DNA from: Oligoflexus sp.
GTDB taxonomy: Bacteria; Bdellovibrionota_B; Oligoflexia; Oligoflexales; Oligoflexaceae
Reading direction: 5' to 3'
Length of the DNA stretch: 22,914 nucleotides
Assembly: GCA_041736305.1 (NCBI GenBank)
Contig: JBGSTX010000170.1
Location: 1-22,914, forward strand
The translations under genes were made by a program, and so were the position numbers. Of the stretch, positions 1 to 8,659 are shown piece after piece. The first letter of the stretch is position 1. Every line of letters begins with the position of its first letter. The notes under the pieces were generated by a model. The model worked only from the letters and a program-made list of their open reading frames with translations, was not told the DNA's origin and did not search any database.

Positions 1-123
1 TGGAGACCCTATCTCAAGGGATTGGGCATAAATTATATTATCTTCTCCGATTTGCTATTTTCTTACGGGCTGAACACGAAAAAGCCTCGATGCATGCCGC
101 TTCGAACCTATTCTTATTTTCAG

Positions 124-252
124 TTACGCGAGAAATCGACTCGTAAGCATCATGCGAGCATTGGTGCCGGAATTTATAGACGGTGCATGTAATACGCGCA
201 TATCCATGATGTAAAGGTCCCTCGGCTTCCAGCTCATTTCTACGATTCCTTC
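124..252 (-). pseudogene. C-terminal fragment of a PhyH/2OG-Fe(II) dioxygenase-like gene, truncated by an IS remnant
   Basis: The last ~42 codons of ORF 124..396 (EGIVEMSWKPRDLYIMDMRVLHAPSINSGTNARMMLTSRFLA*) resemble the PhyH C-terminal pattern 'KPGDxxxxxxxxxH...N....R'. The upstream part of that ORF is an off-frame reading of IS sequence. Confidence 0.5.
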
Positions 253-254
253 TA

Positions 255-500
255 AAGGCTGTCTCAATAATATCTTAAAAGTATAAGCAGACATGCTAGG
301 GCAACTAGACTTAAGAAATTTTCTGCATGGAATTCGCATCTCACTACTAGTCGACGAAAGTTCTGTTACCATGAAAATAGTCTTTCTATTCTCCACCTTC
401 TTCTATAACGGCGAAGGGTGCGGCCATCTTGAGTTCTTGTCTTCTTTCTGTTCTTCTTATGAGGAGCGATGAGATCGATTCCCATCCTTCGCGAAAGCGG
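255..500 (-). mobile_element. Degenerate IS5-family insertion sequence remnant (transposase C-terminus and one end)
   Basis: Manual translation of the minus strand 479->264 gives [70 protein letters not shown]. This has the IS5 Y-x2-R-x3-E-x6 motif and the 'FRRLxxRxE..A.NF' tail. There is a premature TAA at 368-366 and a natural TGA at 266-264, followed by an end-like AAGGCTGTCTCAA (255-267). The 5' part of the element is lost, so the boundary near 500 is approximate. Confidence 0.85.
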
Positions 501-592
501 TTTTATGCTCAAGTTGAATTATCATCATTAATCCGAACTAAATTTTATTTGGCCTGTGTATTTGAGCATATATTTATCGGGATCAGATTTCA

Positions 593-634
593 GCCGCTGA
601 TCGGTAAAATTTCGTCAGCGGCGCTTTGATTTTC
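593..634 (+). terminator. Possible intrinsic terminator hairpin
   Basis: GCCGCTGA (593-600) / TCAGCGGC (615-622) form a perfect 8-bp inverted repeat, followed by GCTTTGATTTTC. Confidence 0.3.
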
Positions 635-683
635 AGAAGAGCTCCGTAGTAGCTATTTTTTTTAAGCATCAAACACGCAGTTA

Positions 684-725
684 AAATCAATATGATTTGA
701 CAATTCATATATGAGCTGTACTACT
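684..725 (+). promoter_or_regulatory. Putative sigma70 promoter with overlapping palindromic operator(s) upstream of the hydrolase
   Basis: Perfect TTGACA at 697-702 with only a weak -10 (TACTAC/ACTACT near 719-725). Dyads AAATCA-ata-TGATTT (684-698) and TCATATATGA (705-714). Confidence 0.4.
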
Positions 726-762
726 TCGGAGAGCTAAGAAAAATCGAAAGTGAGCATATTCT

Positions 763-1890
763 ATGTACAAATCCTTATTAATGACCCTGTCTCTCGTGAG
801 CGCCGGAAGTATTTACGTTTTACCTCTGCAAGCCCAAGAAACCTGTATTCAAGAAGAAGCCTGTGATGGAACCACTGTTTGTGCCAGCCCTGAGAATACA
901 AGTGCTGCAGGGCCTTTCACGGTCGGCGCCAAAACCGTCACTATCGAAGGGCTGAGGACTGAGGTCTGGTACCCATCATCAGCAAGCCCCACTGATGCAA
1001 ATAGAAAAACCTACGATGTTCGCTCAGCTCTACCTCTCCTACTACAGGCAGTTATCCCGCCAAGCAAAGCTCCAATCCAGCTTTGCGATTGCTATGACTC
1101 CTTAGCTTTAGATAAAGAGAACGGTCCTTACCCAGTTCTCCTGTTTGCTCATGGCTCAGCCAGCTTCCGTACTCAATCTCTGAGTCTCATGACTCATCTG
1201 GCCAGTCGCGGTTTCGTAGTCTTAGCTGTTGATCACCCAGGCTTGCAGCTGGCGGATTCTCTCCAAGGCAAGAGAGACGCTGATGTGCCTAAAGACCTCC
1301 GCTCAATACTGGAAGCACTGCAGTTCTCAGGGCAGGGCGACAACGCATTGTCATTCTTAAAAGGTTCGGTACAACTCAATCGAGTAGGTTTGCTGGGTCA
1401 TAGCGCTGGCGGGGGCGGCATCACGGCACTGGGGTCAGTTGATGGAGTAAAGATGCTGGTACCTATGGCTGCAGGAGGCGTCAGTCCTAGCTTTTCAGGG
1501 ACGAGCCTGATACTTGGAGCCCTTGACGATAAAGTAGTGCCATTTAGCAGGCAAGAAATTGGTTTCGAAGCAGCTCCTACGCAGAGCAAACTCATTGGCA
1601 TCGGGAATGCAGGTCACCTAGCCTTTGCTGACCTGTGCACTGTGAAGAATGCACAAGGTCAAAACCTAGTTGAACTTGCCGCAGATTTTGGACTGCCGGG
1701 AGACGCTTTGGCCTCGAAGCTTTGGGATGGCTGTGAAAACGGCCAGCTGAGTGCCGATAAAAGTATGGAAATCGTTCGATACGCAGTGACGGCAGCTGCA
1801 GAAACTGCTCTGCAGTGTAAGGATAGATCGGCAGCATTCAATCGTCTGCTTTCCACATACCCAGGGGTCAAGATTTTCCAGGAAAAATAA
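763..1890 (+). CDS. Secreted alpha/beta-fold hydrolase (PAF-acetylhydrolase/chlorophyllase/dienelactone hydrolase-like)
   Basis: N-terminal signal peptide (..LQA|QE), 'EVWYP', 'GPYPVLLFAHG', 'LASRGFVVLAVDHPG', nucleophile elbow GHSAG, Asp in 'DDKVV', His in 'AGHLAF'. Confidence 0.9.
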   Translation: MYKSLLMTLSLVSAGSIYVLPLQAQETCIQEEACDGTTVCASPENTSAAGPFTVGAKTVTIEGLRTEVWYPSSASPTDANRKTYDVRSALPLLLQAVIPPSKAPIQLCDCYDSLALDKENGPYPVLLFAHGSASFRTQSLSLMTHLASRGFVVLAVDHPGLQLADSLQGKRDADVPKDLRSILEALQFSGQGDNALSFLKGSVQLNRVGLLGHSAGGGGITALGSVDGVKMLVPMAAGGVSPSFSGTSLILGALDDKVVPFSRQEIGFEAAPTQSKLIGIGNAGHLAFADLCTVKNAQGQNLVELAADFGLPGDALASKLWDGCENGQLSADKSMEIVRYAVTAAAETALQCKDRSAAFNRLLSTYPGVKIFQEK

Positions 1891-1953
1891 TTCGGAAGCA
1901 GCAGCCGGTTTCAGACAGCTGACCTCGCCTTTAGCCTGTATAGGCTTCAAATC

Positions 1954-2106
1954 TCAGCGTTTCTCGAGATGATGAGGAAGAAAATCCTCGCGCTGGGTGT
2001 TCCCTAGAAAACGTCCAGCGTCAGTCGGGTGCGGTAGCATCATACGGTCAGCAAAAACTCTCTTGTAGGCCTCGTTATTGCTTATACCTTTAAAATCATC
2101 AAACAT
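1954..2106 (-). CDS. Possible small ORF or gene relic, 50 aa (MFDDFKGISNNEAYKRVFADRMMLPHPTDAGRFLGNTQREDFLPHHLEKR)
   Basis: ATG at 2106 preceded by GAGGG, TGA at 1956-1954. It is below the ORF-track cut-off and has no recognisable motif. Confidence 0.25.
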   Translation of the reverse strand: MFDDFKGISNNEAYKRVFADRMMLPHPTDAGRFLGNTQREDFLPHHLEKR

Positions 2107-2473
2107 GTGCTTCCCTCAGAATGGTCGCAGGCAGTGGAGTGGTGCGGGCTTGGTCCTGGGTCTTAACGATGGCTTGCAATGCATCCCAAAATTATAGCCC
2201 ACATCATGCAGTTCGATAAGTCGGCCTCGAGCACCATGAAGAATGTATCCAGCTCTCGAATCTGAGATAAGCGGTGAGAGAAGATCTTTGCTTATCATTT
2301 GGTGAAAGAGCGCGGAATACGCATCGCTTTCTGCGTCTTACCCTAAATATTCACCATGTCTATCTGCGCGAAAAGCTACGACCAAATATTTTAAAGATTT
2401 TTGCAAATTCTCCGGGCTTATCCGCGAAAAGACAAGTAGCTTGATTGTTTAATCAGCGATAAGGAAATGGATC

Positions 2474-3517
2474 ATGATCAAAGCTAAAGGAATCGCAGCT
2501 TTCTCTGCTAAAGAACCTCTTGGCCCCTTTTCTTTCGAACGCCGTGATCCCAAAGAACACGACGTTGTAATAGACATAAAATATTGCGGAATCTGCCATT
2601 CCGATATCCATACTGTCCGCAGCGAATGGGGTGAAGCCAATTACCCAGTCGTTCCCGGTCACGAAATCGCTGGGGTTGTGCGTGCGGTAGGGTCGAAAGT
2701 TAATAAGTATAAGGTCGGCGATCAGGTAGGAGTTGGCTGCTTTGTTGACTCATGCCGACAGTGCGATCCCTGCAAACAAGACCTCGACCAATACTGCGCC
2801 AAAGGTTTCAATGCGACTTATAACAGCGTCGAGAAAGATGGGAAAACCCCCACACAGGGAGGCTACTCGGATGTCATCGTCGTTGACGAGAACTACGTCC
2901 TCCGGATCCCAAATTCACTCCCTCTCGATCAAGCTGCACCACTGCTTTGTGCTGGTATCACCCTCTACTCGCCTCTCAAGCATTGGCACGCAGGTCCTGG
3001 TAAAAAAATCGCCATCATGGGTTTGGGTGGACTTGGGCATATTGGAGTCAAAATCGCCCGTGCACTTGGAGCCGAAGTCACAGTCCTGAGCCACTCGGAA
3101 AAAAAGCGAGAAGACGCCATGAAAATGGGTGCGCATAAGTTTGTTTCGACTCACGAGAAGAAGTCGCTAGAACCTCTGGCCAACTCCTTCGACCTCATCA
3201 TCAATACGATATCGGCTGATATCAATATGGGTGACTATTTTCAGCTCTTGAAACTCGATGGAGCTTTGGTAGTTGTTGGGCTTCCTGAAAAACCTCTCCC
3301 CATTCACCCTTTCCCGCTCGTGATGAAAAGGCGTTCTTATGCAGGATCTTTGATCGGTTCGATCAAAGAAACCCAAGAAATGCTAGATTTTTGCGCTCAA
3401 CACAAAATTGCACCCGATATAGAAGTCATTACTCCGAAAGAAGTGAATCACGCCTACGAACGCGTGACAAAAAGCGACGTGCGCTATCGCTTTGTGATCG
3501 ATATGGCCAAGATATAG
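2474..3517 (+). CDS. Zn-dependent NAD(P)H alcohol dehydrogenase/aldehyde reductase (cinnamyl-ADH/YahK-like)
   Basis: CGICHSD, GHE, structural Zn CxxCxxCx7C, 'APLLCAGIT', GLGGLG nucleotide fold, C-terminal 'DVRYRFVID'. RBS AAGGA. Confidence 0.97.
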   Translation: MIKAKGIAAFSAKEPLGPFSFERRDPKEHDVVIDIKYCGICHSDIHTVRSEWGEANYPVVPGHEIAGVVRAVGSKVNKYKVGDQVGVGCFVDSCRQCDPCKQDLDQYCAKGFNATYNSVEKDGKTPTQGGYSDVIVVDENYVLRIPNSLPLDQAAPLLCAGITLYSPLKHWHAGPGKKIAIMGLGGLGHIGVKIARALGAEVTVLSHSEKKREDAMKMGAHKFVSTHEKKSLEPLANSFDLIINTISADINMGDYFQLLKLDGALVVVGLPEKPLPIHPFPLVMKRRSYAGSLIGSIKETQEMLDFCAQHKIAPDIEVITPKEVNHAYERVTKSDVRYRFVIDMAKI

Positions 3518-3569
3518 CTTTCAGCAAAGACTGATGGTTTAACTTAGGAAAACTGGGGGGATCAGAGAT

Positions 3570-4649
3570 ATGAACAAACTAAGCATGAGAAGCAAGAATT
3601 TTTGCAAGCGCTTCAATCTCGATGTCCCCATTCTGCTCGCGCCGATGGCAGGCTCCTGCCCGCCATCCTTATCGGTCGCCGTTGCCCAGGCGGGCGGTGC
3701 TGGTGCGTGTGGTGTCCTTCTGCTTTCCCCTTCCGAGATCATCAGTTGGGTTCAGGATTTCCGAGCGCAAAGTTCCGGAAGTTTTCAACTTAACAACTGG
3801 ACGGCTGACCCTCTGCCGCTGCGTAATGCGACACGAGAAGCGGACGTTCAGAACTTCCTAAGCACTTGGGCTCTCTCGGAACAATCTGGACCCGCACCTC
3901 AGAAGGCACGCGATTTTACCGCCCAATGCGAAGCGATGCTAGAAGCAAAGCCACCGATCATATCGTCGATCATGGGGCTCTATCCTGAGCCTTTTGTTAC
4001 TCGCATGAAGCGAGAGGGAATCGCGTGGTTTGCGAACGTAACGACGGTTGACGAAGCTAGAAGGGCCGAAGCAGCAGGCGCTGATGTTATCATCGCCCAG
4101 GGAGCAGAAGCAGGTGGTCACAGAGGCAGCTTTGATCCTGAAACGGCGGAACAGGAGCTTGTTGGTCTATTTTCCCTCCTTCCGGCCATCGTAGATACCG
4201 TTAGCGTTCCCGTAGTCGCCACAGGAGGAATCGGCGATGAACGTGGTGTAGCTGCGGCTTTTATATTGGGCGCTAGTGCTGTCCAGATTGGAACCGGGTT
4301 TCTACGTTGCCCCGAGGCCAAGACCCAGCAAGTATGGGCGGATGCTCTGGGAAGAATTATGCCGGAGGAAACTCGGGTAACACGGGTTTTCACGGGACGC
4401 GCTGGACGGAGCATACACACCGAGTTCGTGAAGGCAGCCATGTCTTCGGTTGCACCCAAGCCCTTAGACTATCCCCTACAACGCAGTTTCACCTCAGAAA
4501 TGACAGCTGCTGCAAGGACAAGCGGCGACCTATCATGCATGCAGGCATGGGCGGGCCAGTCCGCTAGACTTTCTCAAGCAGTCCCTGCTACCGATCTCGT
4601 AAAGAGTATTTGGGGTGGTGCCCTATCGATTCTCCCTGACCTTCGATAA
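3570..4649 (+). CDS. Nitronate monooxygenase family FMN-dependent oxidoreductase
   Basis: 'PILLAPMAG', 'QGAEAGGHRG', 'PVVATGGIGD', 'GASAVQIGTGFL', 'TRVFTGRAGR', 'WAGQSA'. Confidence 0.95.
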   Translation: MNKLSMRSKNFCKRFNLDVPILLAPMAGSCPPSLSVAVAQAGGAGACGVLLLSPSEIISWVQDFRAQSSGSFQLNNWTADPLPLRNATREADVQNFLSTWALSEQSGPAPQKARDFTAQCEAMLEAKPPIISSIMGLYPEPFVTRMKREGIAWFANVTTVDEARRAEAAGADVIIAQGAEAGGHRGSFDPETAEQELVGLFSLLPAIVDTVSVPVVATGGIGDERGVAAAFILGASAVQIGTGFLRCPEAKTQQVWADALGRIMPEETRVTRVFTGRAGRSIHTEFVKAAMSSVAPKPLDYPLQRSFTSEMTAAARTSGDLSCMQAWAGQSARLSQAVPATDLVKSIWGGALSILPDLR

Positions 4650-4707
4650 AAAGTGTTTTTTTGGGCCGTTATAAGCACATATGATCGTAGAGTTTTATCC
4701 CATTTCT

Positions 4708-4734
4708 TAAGTTTTCATTGCAAAGTGCCGATAA
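4708..4734 (+). promoter_or_regulatory. Sigma28 (FliA)-type promoter
   Basis: TAAGTTTT-N11-GCCGATAA closely matches the consensus TAAAGTTT-N11-GCCGATAA. It lies 24 nt upstream of ATG 4759, with a GGAG RBS in between. Confidence 0.75.
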
Positions 4735-4758
4735 GCAAGTAATGGAGACCTTAAAAAA

Positions 4759-5403
4759 ATGGAAGACAATCTAGAGTCAGGCTCTGGCAGGCATGTTGCT
4801 GCCGATAAAACAAGCAGCTCGCTATGGGGACGGATACAAGATCGCGTTGGCGATTCTCTTTCCAAGCTTCTCAAGGGCCGGCAAATACATGCGAAGAGTC
4901 GAGCTTCGAGGCCATATAGCCACGATGCAAAACTCATAGCTGCTAGTATTAGTGCGGTAGCAGTGGCTCTGTTTTTCGTTGGGATTACTGTCCATAGGCA
5001 AAATGGAGTTCTAACAAAAGCAAGTTTAAAGCTGCAGAAAGCAGCTGAAAATATCAAAAATGCAGTACCAACAAAAATCGGGATGACAACGAAGCTCCTT
5101 CCGCCAGCACCTGTCTACCAACAACCGATTTACGTTCCTCGGCAAAACTTCATGAACGAGCAGAGGTTCCAGCGTCGTCCCAGTCCACAGTTTCGTTCAG
5201 TAAATAGAGGCGATACAATTAAATCGAGAAAAGAGTTGCTTCGTCGCCGTGATAACGCAGAAAGGCGGCGGAGTAAGGTCGCCAAGAAGAGCCGCTCCAA
5301 AATTAAAAGAGATTTTTTGGATGATCCACAACACGAGGTCGCCAACCAGAAGCGTAAGTCCAAGCGATCGATGTCAGCCAAATATATTGATGTCGAAGAG
5401 TGA
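4759..5403 (+). CDS. Hypothetical single-pass membrane protein with Pro/Gln linker and Arg/Lys-rich C-terminus
   Basis: 214-aa ORF with promoter and RBS. One hydrophobic segment (LIAASISAVAVALFFVGITV). No family recognised. Confidence 0.7.
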   Translation: MEDNLESGSGRHVAADKTSSSLWGRIQDRVGDSLSKLLKGRQIHAKSRASRPYSHDAKLIAASISAVAVALFFVGITVHRQNGVLTKASLKLQKAAENIKNAVPTKIGMTTKLLPPAPVYQQPIYVPRQNFMNEQRFQRRPSPQFRSVNRGDTIKSRKELLRRRDNAERRRSKVAKKSRSKIKRDFLDDPQHEVANQKRKSKRSMSAKYIDVEE

Positions 5404-5475
5404 TCAAACGATTTTTTAAGATTTACAGCCTTTCCAAGGCGCTTGCGGACAAGCAACTTTTTCTCTCCTAAGCTC

Positions 5476-6060
5476 TTAGTGCATGATCTCATAAGAAATC
5501 GGCTTGAATGAAAAATTATTGGACTGCTCTGCCGAGCAGGCTGTTAAACCCACGATCAAATCAATATGGCTTTCGATTATAATATAGTCGCCAGCTCGGC
5601 TCTTTGGAGGCTTTACTTCGAAGCGCCCCGTTTCACCATCGACAGGAACGTTCATAAACACGTTGAAAGTAGTGGGAATCGCATCAGCTTCAATCCCATA
5701 TTCGCGAAGTGCTTCACACAAATTGCCAAAACAACCTCGATGCGGATGCTCATGACCATAAATGATTTTAAAGGTATCTGCACTGCAAGGCGTCAGCAAG
5801 AAGTCATGTCGTCCCACGGTATCGGCGACTATCGTGAACATCTTCCTACTTCGGTTAGAATAGAAGGTGTCACCTTTGCTGAGGTAAATCTTGTTTGCGT
5901 AATCTAAAGTCCGGCCTGAGGATAGTGCTTCGCGCGCGTCTTCCGCCGAAAAGCAGAGAAGATCCGCAACCTGCTCGCCTTTGGGATCAGTGATTTTAAG
6001 ATGCTCACCGGCCTTGAGGATGAAAGCAACCCCTGACCTAGGCGCTATTAGTCGCTCCAT
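5476..6060 (-). CDS. DUF1989 family protein (urea carboxylase-associated/carboxyguanidine deiminase-like)
   Basis: 'GEQVADL', 'LSSGRTLDY', 'YSNRSR', 'GRHDFLLTPC', 'GCFGNL', 'FNVFMNV', 'SRAGDYI', 'TACSA'. Start reassigned to ATG 6060 (AGGAGA RBS), which avoids overlap with the upstream gene. Confidence 0.92.
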   Translation of the reverse strand: MERLIAPRSGVAFILKAGEHLKITDPKGEQVADLLCFSAEDAREALSSGRTLDYANKIYLSKGDTFYSNRSRKMFTIVADTVGRHDFLLTPCSADTFKIIYGHEHPHRGCFGNLCEALREYGIEADAIPTTFNVFMNVPVDGETGRFEVKPPKSRAGDYIIIESHIDLIVGLTACSAEQSNNFSFKPISYEIMH

Positions 6061-6100
6061 GATGCTTTCTCCTGAATTTATTTTTTTTGCTAGTTGTGAC

Positions 6101-6796
6101 TTAAGACGGCTCAGAGACGGCAGGTGAAAAAGGGCACTTCCATGACTCATCCACCTGGCGGCCGCTGTACTGCCTCGCCTCCGAACCACTACGAAAGTCT
6201 CGAAGCATGGGATTAAGCGATCCGCTAAAAATCTCATCCCGTCTTCTCACAACCCGCTGAAGCCTGCCATATTCACCAGTTTGTCTCAACTGCTCAAATT
6301 GTGCATGTAGATTAAACGCGAGGGCAGGAAATGGTGTTGCTCTTGCGCGTCGGCTGCTTTTTGGGTGCATTCCGACTACATAAAAAGCTCGGCCCACCAG
6401 ACTGAAGCTGAAGTTTTCGTCAGCTGGATTGTTGCTAACTGTTGGATCCCACTCATGCTCCTGACGATCAATGGCATGAAGCGCTTCCAAGCGTTGCCAC
6501 AGAGCGGCTTCAAACTCTTTCTCATCTAAATCCGTGGGGCCTTTGAACATAATAACGAGACTGCGGTAATTTGATGGATTATGGTCGCACTCTCTCACAA
6601 ATTCTTTGAGCTTCTCAAGAATGCGCAGGTCGTCAGCAGGGCAGCGGAGGTCTCTGGCCTCAATGCACTGCAACTCTCCCATACTGAGTGCAGTCTTGGC
6701 CCCTGTACAAGGAAAGCCTTTGTTAGCGACGAAAGAGATCAGTTGTTGCTCCAGCTGTCCTCGATCACTTTCTACTATGTGTCTTGCTGTAGCCAT
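6101..6796 (-). CDS. YqcI/YcgG family protein (DcsA/GntA-like haem-dependent guanidino N-hydroxylase)
   Basis: 'FPCTGA', 'FEAALWQRL', 'WDPTVSNNP', 'FSFSLVGRAFYVVGMHPKSSRRAR', 'FNLHAQFEQLR', 'EARQYSGR'. Confidence 0.9.
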   Translation of the reverse strand: MATARHIVESDRGQLEQQLISFVANKGFPCTGAKTALSMGELQCIEARDLRCPADDLRILEKLKEFVRECDHNPSNYRSLVIMFKGPTDLDEKEFEAALWQRLEALHAIDRQEHEWDPTVSNNPADENFSFSLVGRAFYVVGMHPKSSRRARATPFPALAFNLHAQFEQLRQTGEYGRLQRVVRRRDEIFSGSLNPMLRDFRSGSEARQYSGRQVDESWKCPFSPAVSEPS

Positions 6797-7053
6797 GGTC
6801 TCAATCCCCCCTGTCAGCTATCATTCTCTCGCAGGGTTACTCAGCAATACGCATACCAAACACTTCGCTTCATAATTGACACATAGGCGTTCTATGGAAT
6901 CAAATACGTCCTTAAATTTAAGCACTAAGAATCAGGGAGAAAAAATATAGGGAAAGAAGCCGATGCAAGATTATTTGGACGTCTTAACGACGTTGTTGAA
7001 GCGTTTCACGCACAGTACGGTGTCTTGTCCTCGTGACACTTCACTGCAGGCGT

Positions 7054-7992
7054 CTAGACTTGCACTTTTTCAGCTTTGAGAGCTTCGTTGCTGATTTTGA
7101 CCTGCAATCGGGACTTTTTCAGCAAGTACCAAAAATAGACTCCAGCTCCAGACCAAATCAATATGAACGAGATTAGTCCTGTAAGCCCTAATTTCTCGCC
7201 GAATACAACCACTCCGACAATGAACTGCAAAGTAGGTGCAATAAATTGCATCATCCCGATGAGACTATAAGGTAGGACCTGAGCAGCCATCGAAAATAAA
7301 AAGAGAGGTAGTCCCGTAACAACACCTGAGCCGATTAAGAGTAACCATTCATAGGGTAGGATGGGTGAATCGGCCTGGGAGCGGCAGTAGAAAGCGAGAA
7401 CCAAAGCAGGGAGTAGACTCGCCAATCCCTCCATGGCTGAGGATAAGTCCGGAGAAATGAGTCTCGTTTTTTTGATAACCCCGTATACACAAAAAGTTGT
7501 GGCAAGGGTCAAAGCGATCCAAGGAACTGCAGGAGCAAAAGCGACCTGTACCAAAACACCGGCTAGAGCTAGGCCCAAAGCTACCTTAAGTATCGGCGTT
7601 AAAACTTCCTTGAAAAAGAGCACTCCGACCAAGACGTTCATTAAAGGGTTAATAAAGTACGCCAGACTTCCTTGGACGATCTGGGAAGAGTTTACCGCAT
7701 AGATATAGATACCCCAATTGATCGCTAGCACTAAAGCCGCAAGCCCTGCTGCCAGCCACTGCTGCAAACTCTGCTGGAAAATCCTGCTGATAGTTTTCGA
7801 TCGATAGGCTGTAATGAGATAAAGACCGAGATAAAATGCGCAAGACCAGAGCATGCGATGGGCTAGAATTTCACTGGCAGAGATCCTTCGCAGAAATTTC
7901 CAGTAAATCGGGAAAAAACCCCAGCAGACATAGGATAAAAGGCCCGCGATAAGGGCTTTTTGTGAATTCTCGGGTCCTATCTGTGCGTTCAA
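7054..7992 (-). CDS. rarD: EamA/DMT family transporter RarD
   Basis: 'YVCWGFFPIYWK', 'EILAHRMLWS', 'NWGIYIYAVNS', 'SLAYFINPL', 'QFIAPTLQF'. About 10 TM segments. TTG start after GGAG. Confidence 0.92.
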   Translation of the reverse strand: MNAQIGPENSQKALIAGLLSYVCWGFFPIYWKFLRRISASEILAHRMLWSCAFYLGLYLITAYRSKTISRIFQQSLQQWLAAGLAALVLAINWGIYIYAVNSSQIVQGSLAYFINPLMNVLVGVLFFKEVLTPILKVALGLALAGVLVQVAFAPAVPWIALTLATTFCVYGVIKKTRLISPDLSSAMEGLASLLPALVLAFYCRSQADSPILPYEWLLLIGSGVVTGLPLFLFSMAAQVLPYSLIGMMQFIAPTLQFIVGVVVFGEKLGLTGLISFILIWSGAGVYFWYLLKKSRLQVKISNEALKAEKVQV

Positions 7993-8004
7993 GGGGTCTC
8001 CGGC

Positions 8005-8475
8005 TTAGGTAGTGGGCTTTTTTGTGCTGCGAACTACTTTTTGAATCGCATAAAGTATACGGGTATATGTTCCACAGCGACAGACATTTCCTGCAAATGC
8101 AGCTCTGATTTCACTGATGGTCGGTTGAGCACTAGCTTTCAAGAGCGCCGCCGCAGTCATCACTTGACCGTCCCTACAGTAGCCACACTGTGGGACCTGA
8201 GGCTCCATCCAGGCGTCCTGCAAAGGATGAGTCCCTTCTGCAGAAAGGCCTTCAATCGTTGTTACCTGCTTGCCTTCTACTTCAGCCATAGTCAGCACGC
8301 ATGAACGTACAGGCTGCTCGTTGAGATGCATGGTGCATGCTCCACATAGAGCTCCGACACAGCTAAATCGAGTGGCTCGCAGCCCTGAAAGCTGGCCAAG
8401 AACATCGAGGAGAGGAGTTTCTGGATTTGCATCCAAAGTTGTTTCCTCGCCATTCAAAACGAAGGTGATCTGCAA
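8005..8475 (-). CDS. 2x[2Fe-2S] small subunit of molybdenum hydroxylases (IorA/CoxS/CutS-like)
   Basis: CxxxxCGAC...VRSC and QCGYC...GNVCRCGTY give 8 Cys ligands. 'VTTIEGL', 'HPLQDAW'. Start reassigned to TTG 8475 behind AAGGAG; the ORF-track extension to 8649 is probably spurious. Confidence 0.9.
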   Translation of the reverse strand: MQITFVLNGEETTLDANPETPLLDVLGQLSGLRATRFSCVGALCGACTMHLNEQPVRSCVLTMAEVEGKQVTTIEGLSAEGTHPLQDAWMEPQVPQCGYCRDGQVMTAAALLKASAQPTISEIRAAFAGNVCRCGTYTRILYAIQKVVRSTKKPTT

Positions 8476-8659
8476 GGCCCGGCTCCTTTGTTGGCTGTCT
8501 CGAAAGCAAAGAGACGAAATGCGAGGGGGACATGCACCGGAGTTAGTGCTCTGCTTACTGAAGGAAGTATCTCTACTTTTGGAACAGGAAGAGCGGCTTG
8601 TCAATCGGCAGTATAAATAGAAGTAGGGCTTGAGAGTATACCAGTACACGAAAGCCGGT

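Noticed and set aside
1-20. Second IS5-like end (AGACCCTATCTCAA) resembling 255-267
   Set aside because: The match is short and partial, in the same orientation, and at the window edge with no associated transposase sequence.
429-629. 66-aa plus-strand ORF
   Set aside because: It partly overlaps the IS relic on the opposite strand and has no RBS or motif.
6061-6237. N-terminal extension of the DUF1989 ORF in the track (253 aa)
   Set aside because: It overlaps the YqcI/YcgG gene by 137 nt. The RBS and family similarity point to ATG 6060.
6797-7053. Guanidine riboswitch upstream of the YqcI/YcgG-DUF1989 pair (minus-strand TGTC-ACGAG-GACA hairpin)
   Set aside because: Only one hairpin, the loop is not a clean ACGR tetraloop, and it lies more than 200 nt from the RBS. 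No ykkC-type consensus was seen.
8476-8649. N-terminal extension of the Fe-S protein, or a Moco riboswitch in this gap
   Set aside because: The extension is not protein-like and an RBS precedes TTG 8475. Only short hairpins are present, with no Moco-RNA consensus recognised.
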